The position numbers were made by a program, and so were the translations under genes. Below are positions 31,338-39,820 of a stretch of DNA of 64,000 nucleotides, in pieces. Position 1 is the stretch's first letter; each line of letters begins with the position of its first letter. The DNA lies in contig JAVJQW010000023.1 in the NCBI GenBank assembly GCA_040218735.1, positions 160,001 to 224,000 on the forward strand, given 5' to 3'. Below the pieces are notes generated by a model that searched no databases, was not told where the DNA came from, and worked only from the letters and a program-made list of their open reading frames with translations. This DNA is from Deltaproteobacteria bacterium (lineage in GTDB: Bacteria > Myxococcota > Kuafuiibacteriia > Kuafuiibacteriales > Kuafuiibacteriaceae).

Positions 31338-32468
31338 CTAACCGCGAAGCACCACGCGCCCGTCGTCGACGTCGACCTTCTTCGCGAGTGACTTCGCGGT
31401 GGTCTTCCCGTCCAAGATGACGAGGCCGGCCAACCGGTCGTGCTGCGCGTGGTTCGGATCGGCTTGCGCCGACGCGAGGCCTTCGGCGAAGGCGACGCGG
31501 CGCTTCTTCGCGATGACGTCGCCCGGCGCGTACGTCTTACCGAGCTTCGCATCGACCTCGGCGAGCACGGCCCCCACGGCGAAGTCGACGAAGTTCTGCT
31601 CCTCGGGGCCCTTCAACCACAGCGGGTGAGTCGGCCCGTCGACCTTCCACTTCTTCCCGTCCTTTTCGACCTTGCCGACCGTGTCCCCCGCGAGGCCGCG
31701 GTACGGATGATCTTCGAGCTCGGCGTACTGCGCGGGCGGGTGCGCCGCGACCGTCCCATCGCGCCGCGCGAGGTAGAGCTGCAGGTCCGGATCGTCGCTC
31801 TCGGCGAGCGCCGTCCAGAACGCAGCTTCGTCGAGGTGGGTGAGGTTCGCGACGACGTCGACGTCCACGTCGCGCTTCGCGCCGTGCAGTCGCGCGAGCG
31901 GGCCGGCCTTCTTCTTCAACATCGGCAGCTCGTGCGCGTAGAGCTGGTCCGCGAACCCGAGCAACATCTTGAGGCCGGCGGACTTGTGGTGACCGTCGAG
32001 GAGGACGACGAGCCCGCCCGGTCCGAGGACGACCGGCATCTTCTCGGCGTCGAGCAGCCGGAGCGCACGACCGAGGTCCTTCTTCACGTCGTTCTCCGCG
32101 AGCGCCTTCAACAGCTTCGGCACCTTCTCCCGCGCGCGCGTGAACGACAGCTGCGTCTGCCCGGGTCGCACGGCGAGGAACGGGACGCGGAGGGTGCTGC
32201 CCGGCTTCGCCTGGTGCAGGCGTTTGGCGAGCGCGTCGAGATCCACGAGGCCGGACTCGCCGGACGCGACGAGGGTGACGAGCTCGGGCGTGGTCATCGC
32301 GCCGAGGCGTGCGGTGAGCGCAGCGATCGACGGGTCGCCGCCGACGTCGGTGAGCGCGAGCGGCGGCGCGTCAGGCGCGAGGCGCGGCGCGGCGAGCGGC
32401 GCACGGCCCTGGATCCCGGCGGGTACGGGGATCGCCCCGCGCACCGGTCTGTCGAGGCTCGCCCGCAC
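31338..32468 (-). CDS. ParB-like (ParBc_2-type) nuclease domain protein
   Basis: VRPGQ, MPVVLGPGG..LLDGHH, FWTAL, LEDHPYRGLA, F(V)DF. Confidence 0.7.
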   Translation of the reverse strand: MRASLDRPVRGAIPVPAGIQGRAPLAAPRLAPDAPPLALTDVGGDPSIAALTARLGAMTTPELVTLVASGESGLVDLDALAKRLHQAKPGSTLRVPFLAVRPGQTQLSFTRAREKVPKLLKALAENDVKKDLGRALRLLDAEKMPVVLGPGGLVVLLDGHHKSAGLKMLLGFADQLYAHELPMLKKKAGPLARLHGAKRDVDVDVVANLTHLDEAAFWTALAESDDPDLQLYLARRDGTVAAHPPAQYAELEDHPYRGLAGDTVGKVEKDGKKWKVDGPTHPLWLKGPEEQNFVDFAVGAVLAEVDAKLGKTYAPGDVIAKKRRVAFAEGLASAQADPNHAQHDRLAGLVILDGKTTAKSLAKKVDVDDGRVVLRG

Positions 32469-32520
32469 GGTAGGACGTCATCGGCGATCGGGTGCCGCGC
32501 GTCCGTGACGTGGAGGTGAC

Positions 32521-32634
32521 AGCGGGACATTGTCACATTGCCCCACCCGCGCATTCGGGAGAGACCCGACCGAGACGACCTGCCTCAGCTTGGAGCCCTC
32601 GCCGCGCGGCGCGAGCGCTGGCACGCGCCCTGCG
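32521..32634 (+). promoter_or_regulatory. Putative sigma-54 promoter with upstream tandem repeat
   Basis: TGGCAC-GCGCC-CTGCG at 32619-32634, just before the GGAGG RBS of the OmpA gene. GACATTGTCACATTGCC repeat at about 32526. Confidence 0.5.
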
Positions 32635-32646
32635 TAACGCGGAGGC

Positions 32647-33261
32647 ATGAACACGAAACACATCCTCCTGTCCCTGTGCGTCCCGGCGACGATGATCGCC
32701 TGCTCCAGCAGCGCGACCCGCTCCGGCCCGAGCGCCACGCCGGTCCCGACCGAGCGCGCGGGCGACGGCCCCTCGCCGGTCGCCGACGGCTCGGGGACCC
32801 ACGTGGGCGTCAAGAGCAACCGAACCGGCGACGCGGACGGCATCGAGAAGTGGACCAACATCAACTACTCCAAGAAGACGCCGATGACGGCGAGCCTCGT
32901 GCGCGTCGACGCCGAGACCGCGAAGGCGTGCAACCTCGGCGAGCAGGAGATCTACTTCGCGTACGACTCCGCAAACGTCGAAGGGTTCGCCGCGGACAAA
33001 CTCTCCGCGATCGCGGACTGCCTGAAGAAAGACGACGGCATGATCGAGGTCATCGGCTACACCGACCCGCGCGGCAGTGACACGTACAACGAGGAGCTCG
33101 GCATGAGCCGCGCGCAGAGCGTCGCGAACGTCCTCGAGGCGAACGGCGTCCCTTCGAAGCGCCTCACGACGGACAGCAAGGGTGAGTCGGGCACGCTCGA
33201 GAACCCGGCCGGCTGGCCGATCGCTCGTCGCGTCGAGATCCGCGCGAACGGCGAAGCGTGA
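32647..33261 (+). CDS. OmpA/Pal-family peptidoglycan-binding lipoprotein
   Basis: Lipobox IAC; IYFAYDS, GYTDPRGSDTYNEELGMSRAQSV, RRVEI. Confidence 0.92.
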   Translation: MNTKHILLSLCVPATMIACSSSATRSGPSATPVPTERAGDGPSPVADGSGTHVGVKSNRTGDADGIEKWTNINYSKKTPMTASLVRVDAETAKACNLGEQEIYFAYDSANVEGFAADKLSAIADCLKKDDGMIEVIGYTDPRGSDTYNEELGMSRAQSVANVLEANGVPSKRLTTDSKGESGTLENPAGWPIARRVEIRANGEA

Positions 33262-33486
33262 TCACCGCGCGACGACGCTCACGATCTGATTTGTGTCTGC
33301 GCGCCAGGCCACGTTGACGGTTCGTTTCTCGTCGACCGCGTTCGCGACGCGGTCGACGAGCTCGATCGCGCCCGCGTCGATCCACAGCACGAGCGGCTCG
33401 CGACCGAACCGAACCTCGACGCGCCCGGCGTCGACGTCGGCGCGCATGCCGACGGCGCGGTCCTCGAAGTAGGACAGGTCGCTCAT
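33262..33486 (-). CDS. 74-aa protein resembling the protein-glutaminase pro-domain (candidate inhibitor/immunity)
   Basis: ATGA overlap with the upstream glutaminase gene. GRVEVRF...VANAVDEKRTVNVAWRADTNQIVSV. Confidence 0.65.
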   Translation of the reverse strand: MSDLSYFEDRAVGMRADVDAGRVEVRFGREPLVLWIDAGAIELVDRVANAVDEKRTVNVAWRADTNQIVSVVAR

Positions 33487-35570
33487 AACGATCGCTTCCC
33501 CGTCGCCAGGTCGGCGAGCGCCGCCAGCCCGATCCAACTCTCCGCGACGCTGTCCGCGTACGTCGAGTCGGACATCGCGAGCTCGTAACGGCGCGCCGGC
33601 TCCAGGAAGAACGTCGCGTACTGGTTGCGGTGGGAGAGGAACTGGTGCCCCCACTCCTCGAGGGTCATCGACGCGTCGGAGAACGTCGGGTCGACGATGC
33701 GGATCTGCACCTCGTCGCCCTCGCGCACGAACGCGACGGAAGCGACGTGGTACGTCCAGCTCTCCTCACTCCCCTTGGGCGTGAGGTACTCGCTGCCCAT
33801 CAGCATCCCCTCTTGCGGATACACGAACATCTTCGCCGTCGCGACACCTTGCTCCCGCAACCGCTCGCAGATGTTCTGCGCGCGCGCGTAACACCCGGTC
33901 TTCAGATACGACCGGTGCAGCCGGCGATCGGCGTGCGCCGCCTTCGCGACGGCGTCGACCTCCGCGCGGGTCGCGATGCGCCCGTTCGGCTCCGTGGAGA
34001 TCTCCTCGGCGCACCGCGTGAAGAGCAGGAGCCCGGGCACGATCGACTTCCCCGCCAACGGTGGCTCGCGATAGGCGCGGTCGATCGCTGCGAGCGAACC
34101 CTCGACGACCCACTTCGCCTCCTCATTCGATGAGAAGGGTGGTTCGAAGCTCTTCGGCGCCCCCGGCGCGGCGGGCAGCTCCGCGAGGCTCGCCGCGATG
34201 TTGTTCAGTCCAGCGATCATCGCCTGCGATCGACGCCGCAGCTCGGCGCGCGTGATCTTCGGGTGCGTCGGCTCCTCTTGGTGCCACAGCGCACCGCTGA
34301 GCTGCCGAGCGTCGGCGAGCACACGTCCGGTCTGCGCGTACAGGTCGTCGCGCGCCGCGTCGGGCGGTGCGTGGAGTTGGGCTTCGATCGTCTGGGTGAA
34401 CTGTTGATTCGTCGCCTCGAACACCGCGCCGATCTGCGCCTGGACGGCGCGGACCTCGCTGACCGATGCGGAACGATCGTCGTGTGCGAAGAGCGCGAGC
34501 GGCGACGTGTGAACACCGTCGCCGAGCAGCGCCTGACGGTTGTGTTCGAGGAGCACCTCGACGCCGACGTTCATCGTCGCGCCGTCGTCGTGCCGCATCA
34601 GCACTCCGCCGTCCGCGGGGTGGCCTTCGACGCGCCAGCCCCCCTCGACGATCCCGTCGTCGGGGTTCGGCGCGTACAGCTCGACCCCCACCGGGATCAG
34701 CGCGGGGTTCGCGGCGAGCAGCACCTCGGTCGTCGCCGAGCGCACGCTGTCGCCCTTCGCGAGGAGCACCACCCCGCTGCGTTCGACGAAGCCCTCGATG
34801 CGATGACCGGGCACGCCGCCGTGCGCGACGCTCTGCCCGGCGGAGAAGATCTGGGAGGCGATGCTCTCGGCGAGCGGCGGTGCGCGCAGATCGAGTGGGG
34901 TCTGCGTCTCGATGACGTGGGCCTTCAGCGGCTCCGTCATCAGCTCGCCGTTGTAGTGCGCGAGGAGACCGGCTTCGTCGTCCCGCAACGAGCCGTCGTG
35001 CATTCGAACGCGCACCTGACCATCCGGGGTCAGCGCATGAATCGTGCCCTCCCCCGCGCCCGTCCGGACCCGCGCGCCGAACCGGAAGAACTGCGCGTAG
35101 TGCGAAGGCGGCGATGGCACGTGCGTTTTGACGGTCTCCCCGAGTACGGATCCGTCGAGGATCGCGAGGAGGTTCGCGACGGACGGCGCGCCCGACACCG
35201 CGGGGTGTTTCGCGAACCGCGCGAGCTCGGGGTGCGGCGGCCGAGTGACGAGCGCCTCGCGGAGCGCTTGGCGCTGCCCGTTCGTGAGCGTCGCGAGCTG
35301 GCGCTCGATCGTGTCGCGCTCGAGCGGACGAAGCCCGGGGCGCCCGCCGCGGAACGCTTCGATGCGTGGGCCGTAGCCGTGCGCGTCGACGAACGCGTGC
35401 ACGAGCGCGGGGAGCCCCCGCATCGCGGCGCGGGCGCGCACGTGATCGTCACCGGTGGAGGGCGGCGCGTCCGGCGCGGCCGACACCGGTTTGGACTTCG
35501 CGACGGACGGCTCGGGAGGCGGTGGAACCGATCGCACCTTCGGCGCGCCCCACGGTTTCCACCACGGCAT
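33483..35570 (-). CDS. Multidomain protein with C-terminal protein-glutamine glutaminase (deamidase) domain
   Basis: Cys-His-Asp triad motifs GCYARA, KMFVY, WTYHVA, RIVDPTF...TLEEW. No signal peptide. Confidence 0.85.
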   Translation of the reverse strand: MPWWKPWGAPKVRSVPPPPEPSVAKSKPVSAAPDAPPSTGDDHVRARAAMRGLPALVHAFVDAHGYGPRIEAFRGGRPGLRPLERDTIERQLATLTNGQRQALREALVTRPPHPELARFAKHPAVSGAPSVANLLAILDGSVLGETVKTHVPSPPSHYAQFFRFGARVRTGAGEGTIHALTPDGQVRVRMHDGSLRDDEAGLLAHYNGELMTEPLKAHVIETQTPLDLRAPPLAESIASQIFSAGQSVAHGGVPGHRIEGFVERSGVVLLAKGDSVRSATTEVLLAANPALIPVGVELYAPNPDDGIVEGGWRVEGHPADGGVLMRHDDGATMNVGVEVLLEHNRQALLGDGVHTSPLALFAHDDRSASVSEVRAVQAQIGAVFEATNQQFTQTIEAQLHAPPDAARDDLYAQTGRVLADARQLSGALWHQEEPTHPKITRAELRRRSQAMIAGLNNIAASLAELPAAPGAPKSFEPPFSSNEEAKWVVEGSLAAIDRAYREPPLAGKSIVPGLLLFTRCAEEISTEPNGRIATRAEVDAVAKAAHADRRLHRSYLKTGCYARAQNICERLREQGVATAKMFVYPQEGMLMGSEYLTPKGSEESWTYHVASVAFVREGDEVQIRIVDPTFSDASMTLEEWGHQFLSHRNQYATFFLEPARRYELAMSDSTYADSVAESWIGLAALADLATGKRSL

Positions 35571-35620
35571 CTCGTTGGAGTGTGCCTATCGGCGCCGATG
35601 TGACACCTCCTGAAGCGCCG

Positions 35621-35706
35621 GGGAACCGAACGGTTCCCGCGCGGGGAACCCGACGGTTCCCTGCGGCCCCGCGAGGCGTGTCGAGCCCCGTGGCACACCG
35701 GTTGCT
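35621..35706 (+). promoter_or_regulatory. Sigma-54 promoter with two upstream palindromic activator sites
   Basis: TGGCAC-ACCGG-TTGCT at 35691-35706. GGGAACC-N4-GGTTCCC at 35621-35638 and 35644-35661. Confidence 0.75.
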
Positions 35707-35719
35707 CTTCGGTCCGCGC

Positions 35720-36424
35720 ATGAACCCGAACCGACTCCTCTGCCTCGCCCCGATGTTGATCCTGACCGCCGCGTGCGGCGCCGAGCCCTCCCCCGTCGTG
35801 GTCGGCAACATCTCGACCCAGACCATGCGCCAAGCGCTGAGCGCCGCGTCCCACGACGACGACGAAGGCTTCGAAGGGGACGCCCGCTTCCAGCTCGACA
35901 TCGAGATCAACGGCGACCCACGCGCCGTCGCGCTCGACGTCGACGGCGCGTTCGCCGTCCAAGAGCTCCCGACCGGACAGCTTCACTTCGCGGTCGCGAT
36001 CGAAGGCATCCGCGGCACCCTCGAGCTCGACGACGTGCAGCCCGGCGAGGTGATCGAGATCGGCGTGAGCGCCGCGCCCGGCGCGCTCGAGCTTCGCGTG
36101 GTCCGACGTGACGCGCAGCTCGCACCCGAGGACGCCCCCGTCACGCAGACCGGCGACATCGAGATCCACGGCAAGGACATCGTGCATCACCTCCCGCACG
36201 GACGCATCGAAGGCGACATCATCATCCACGGCCACGACGTCACGGTGGTCGGCCCCGACTACTACGAATGCCGCGAAGGCGGACGCACCGTCGTCGACGG
36301 TCGCCTCATCGTGCACGGCAAGGACGTCCGGGTGATCAACGTCGAGTTCCTCCGCGGCACGCAGATCCACGGGCACGACGTGAAGGTGTACGAGCCCTGC
36401 CGCCGCCGCTACGGACGCGACTGA
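35720..36424 (+). CDS. Hypothetical lipoprotein with C-terminal beta-helix-like repeats
   Basis: Lipobox TAAC; repeated (I/V)HG(K/H)D(I/V) units. Confidence 0.72.
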   Translation: MNPNRLLCLAPMLILTAACGAEPSPVVVGNISTQTMRQALSAASHDDDEGFEGDARFQLDIEINGDPRAVALDVDGAFAVQELPTGQLHFAVAIEGIRGTLELDDVQPGEVIEIGVSAAPGALELRVVRRDAQLAPEDAPVTQTGDIEIHGKDIVHHLPHGRIEGDIIIHGHDVTVVGPDYYECREGGRTVVDGRLIVHGKDVRVINVEFLRGTQIHGHDVKVYEPCRRRYGRD

Positions 36425-36449
36425 TCGGACGCGAGAGAGGAGCCACGCC

Positions 36450-37139
36450 GTGAAACGCATCGCCATCGTCGCCACGCTGCTCGCCGTCACCGGCGAAGCC
36501 GCCGCCCAGGAAGCCGTCGAGTACGGACCGCCCGCGCCCAAGCCGCGGACGCAGCGCAGCTGGGACGTCCTCGCCGGCGGCGTGCAGCGCGGTGACCTCG
36601 CGCACGCGACGTTCGGGTTCTCTCGCCTGCAGCTCGCTTACCACCGGGCCCTCACGGAGGACCTGACGGTCGGCGGCTCGGTCGCGTTCGACTACGCACA
36701 CTGGGCGCCGGCCGACTCGTTCGGCTCCGCGTTCACCGTCGGCGCCCCGGTGCGCTGGTCGGCGTATCAGCGCGATCGCCTGAGCATCGGCCTGTACGGC
36801 GAGCCCGCGCTCTACCTCGGCTTCTCGCAGCCGCGCTTCTCGCAGTTCATCGCCGGGCTCGGACTCCACGTCGGTGGCAACGCGGGTTGGCGCCTCTACG
36901 AGTGGCTACAGGTCGGCGCCGGGCTCGACGTCCCGCTGCTCTTCGGTCTGCCGACGAACGGCCGCGACGCATTCGTCGCGATGCCCGTGCTCATCGGCCC
37001 CACCGCCGAGCTCTACCTCGGCGACGACTGGGCGCTCACGGGCGAAGCGAAGATCGGCCCGCACGTGGTGAGCGACGACTTCTTCGGGACACGCTTCGGC
37101 CTGCGCCTCGTCGCGGGGATCGCGCGACGGTTCCCTTGA
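36450..37139 (+). CDS. Putative outer-membrane beta-barrel protein
   Basis: Signal peptide, amphipathic beta strands, GAGGAG RBS. Confidence 0.7.
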   Translation: MKRIAIVATLLAVTGEAAAQEAVEYGPPAPKPRTQRSWDVLAGGVQRGDLAHATFGFSRLQLAYHRALTEDLTVGGSVAFDYAHWAPADSFGSAFTVGAPVRWSAYQRDRLSIGLYGEPALYLGFSQPRFSQFIAGLGLHVGGNAGWRLYEWLQVGAGLDVPLLFGLPTNGRDAFVAMPVLIGPTAELYLGDDWALTGEAKIGPHVVSDDFFGTRFGLRLVAGIARRFP

Positions 37140-37151
37140 GCTCACGAGGCC

Positions 37152-38066
37152 TCACGGCAGGCAGATGTCGAATTGTGTCGACGCCGATTCGGGCGCGTAG
37201 CCGACGCCCTCCGCGACGATGACGTTTTCGATGGGCTGCCCCGTCCAGCGGAGCCCCTCGAAGGTCCCGACCGTGCACCGACCGCACGCTTCGGCCGACA
37301 CGGAGAGCGTGAGCACCGGCGTCGGCGCCGCGCTCGCGGCGAGGATGATCGGCTCGTGGAACGAGAGCTTCACGACGCTGATCGCCCCGTCCGCCACCGG
37401 CACCGAAGCGCTGTAACCCAGGTGACGAATCCCCGGCGGGTCGTCCCAGATCTCGGCGGCGATCGTGCCTTGGTTGGAGATCGCGTCGATCGTGCAGCCA
37501 TCCGCCGCGAAACCCACCGACCACCCCTGGATGTCCGTCGTGGGGTGCTCGATGGCGACCTGAATCGTCGCCCGCATCGTCCCCCGCTTCTGCGGCTCCA
37601 TCCACTTCCACGCGATCGGCGCGCAGGGTGCATTCTCCCAGTACTCGGAAACCGGATCACACGCACGGCTGTTGAAGCTTCCGCTCAACGGGTGCGCGCC
37701 CGTCGTCAGCCAGGACGTGATCGCGTGACTGTCGTCCGCCTCGACGCGCCCGTCACGATTGAAGTCCGCCGCGGGCTCACAGACCGGTGCGCGCCCCCCG
37801 CGATAGCGATGACTCTCGAGCGCGATCGCGTCGGCGACGTTGACGTGTCCGTCGCCGTTGATGTCACCGCGTTGAAGCTCTGCGTTGGGCGGAGCGCACG
37901 CTTGGGCGACCTCGATCGCGCCGGCGTCGCGCTCACCCGCCCCGCCGTCTCGTATCGAGCCGGCGTCGCGTTCTGCGCTCGGCGGCGAAGGTTCGTCGTC
38001 GGGGCAACCGGTCGTCGCGACAAAAACGATGATGGCGTAAGGTGCCAGTCGATGGGCGCGCATCAT
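37152..38066 (-). CDS. Lipoprotein with type I dockerin-like and cohesin-like domains
   Basis: TTGC lipobox; RGDINGDGHVNVADAI and AADFNRDGRVEADD; IQGWSVGF beta-sandwich. Confidence 0.75.
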   Translation of the reverse strand: MMRAHRLAPYAIIVFVATTGCPDDEPSPPSAERDAGSIRDGGAGERDAGAIEVAQACAPPNAELQRGDINGDGHVNVADAIALESHRYRGGRAPVCEPAADFNRDGRVEADDSHAITSWLTTGAHPLSGSFNSRACDPVSEYWENAPCAPIAWKWMEPQKRGTMRATIQVAIEHPTTDIQGWSVGFAADGCTIDAISNQGTIAAEIWDDPPGIRHLGYSASVPVADGAISVVKLSFHEPIILAASAAPTPVLTLSVSAEACGRCTVGTFEGLRWTGQPIENVIVAEGVGYAPESASTQFDICLP

Positions 38067-39818
38067 CCTCGTCAAAAGGTCTACTCGACATTCCGGACCG
38101 TCGGCAAGGTGCTCCTCGTCGTGACTTGCTTCGGCTGTCAGCCGCAGCGCGCGCTGGAAGTATCACCGCCCGCCGCGCCACGAACCCAGACCGAACGACT
38201 CGCGCTCCGGCAGTTTGCGTCACCCAACATCGGCGGCCTGATGAGTTACGAAGTACATCGCGTCGAGCTGAAGTCACACCCAGATCGAGAATTCTTGAGA
38301 CAACCCATCCGTACACCGGGCAGGCGGGTGTGGAATCCGCCGTCGCCGGTGGGGGAGCTCACGTCGCCGATCGTCGGCGCACGTTTCGTTCAGGAAGGCG
38401 GCGAGGAGATTCAGGCGGCACTGGATGCGCTCCCTCCCGAGCGTCGCGCGCTCGGGCTCGCGGGCATCTCCGTCGAGCTGCTCCACTCCGGCGACGAAGC
38501 CACGCGGATCTGTCGGCCGGCGCACGTCGAATTCGAGCTGATGCACGGCGGCCAGATGTTCGAGGCCCGCTACGAAGCGAACTCCTACTTCCTGCACACG
38601 GAGCCGGTGGTGGAGCTCTACGCGCTGAGCTCGACCTGCACCGACGCGCTCCTCGCGACTTCGGGCGTGGTGGCTGACGCGATCGACAACGGCTGCGCCC
38701 ACGCGGACCAGGCGGCCCACTTCGCGGTGGGGAGCCGGTGCCGCACGTGTCTGGAGATCGACGGCGACCACGGGCGCTGCGTCACCGAAGGTCAGTGCAG
38801 GACCGAGATGGCGCGCTCGGTGCTGGCGGACGTAGACGGCACTACGCAGTGGGTCGACGTCGTCCGCGCGCCGGTGCTGGCGTGCGCGCCGAGTTACATG
38901 GGTGAGCTGATCTACCTGACGCGTGACCTCGGCGACGACAACGAACCACCGGGGCCGTTCGACCACTCACTGATCGAGCAGCTGTGTTTCGAAGCGTGGG
39001 ACGACAGGACGAACGCATTGGAGATGTTCTGCGTGAATCAGCCGCCGCAGTTCATGGGGATCATCAACTTCGCGATCGCGGATCTGTTGATCGGACGCGT
39101 CGAGTATATTCGTCGGCCCGGCGCGACGAACGAGCCGTATCATCACCGCCTCTACCTCTCCGGTCCGATGGAGATCGACGGCATGACCTTCGTCGGAACG
39201 CCGCTGTACCCCGGAGCGCTCGCGGAGGTCTCCCAGACGCCGGGGTGGGGGTACGAGCCCTATGGGTTCCGGCCCGACGGCGAGAGTCGCGCGCGTGACT
39301 ATCTGGCGGTCATCGCGCTCAAGACGGCGACGACGATCGACGGCGTACCGATCGGAACCTACAACCACAACGTCTGCACCGACGCCGAGTGGAGGGGGCC
39401 CGACGCCATGGGCCGCTATCACTGCAAGCTCGACCCCGGCCCCGAGGGCCCGCCGGACCAAGAGGGTTGGGACTACGACTGGGCGGCGCAGCTCTACTCG
39501 GAGAACCCGTTCCGCCTCGACATCTTCCCGCTCGTCACCCTCGGCGCCACCGGCTACTACGACCCGAACATCCCCGGCGGCCACGTGCCGCACGTCCTCG
39601 GGACGTCGGTGCTCGCCAACCCGCTGTGGGACGATTGCGCGTGGCCGGAGCAGTTCGTCCCGGACGAGATTTCGAATCAGGACGGTGTTGGCTTCGACCC
39701 GTACACGTTCACGGGTCAGACGTACCGCTTCGGCAAGGACCCGAACCTCGACCTACGCGTCGTCCTGTCGACGAACTGGCGGCGTGGGTTCTGCTTCGAG
39801 AGCATCGACGGCTTGTAA
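38052..39818 (+). CDS. Hypothetical secreted Cys-containing protein (start uncertain, 38052 or 38109)
   Basis: 3' part of ORF 37173..39818 is coding-like. VLLVVTCFGC is a possible lipobox. Confidence 0.68.
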   Translation: MGAHHPRQKVYSTFRTVGKVLLVVTCFGCQPQRALEVSPPAAPRTQTERLALRQFASPNIGGLMSYEVHRVELKSHPDREFLRQPIRTPGRRVWNPPSPVGELTSPIVGARFVQEGGEEIQAALDALPPERRALGLAGISVELLHSGDEATRICRPAHVEFELMHGGQMFEARYEANSYFLHTEPVVELYALSSTCTDALLATSGVVADAIDNGCAHADQAAHFAVGSRCRTCLEIDGDHGRCVTEGQCRTEMARSVLADVDGTTQWVDVVRAPVLACAPSYMGELIYLTRDLGDDNEPPGPFDHSLIEQLCFEAWDDRTNALEMFCVNQPPQFMGIINFAIADLLIGRVEYIRRPGATNEPYHHRLYLSGPMEIDGMTFVGTPLYPGALAEVSQTPGWGYEPYGFRPDGESRARDYLAVIALKTATTIDGVPIGTYNHNVCTDAEWRGPDAMGRYHCKLDPGPEGPPDQEGWDYDWAAQLYSENPFRLDIFPLVTLGATGYYDPNIPGGHVPHVLGTSVLANPLWDDCAWPEQFVPDEISNQDGVGFDPYTFTGQTYRFGKDPNLDLRVVLSTNWRRGFCFESIDGL

Positions 39819-39820
39819 CT

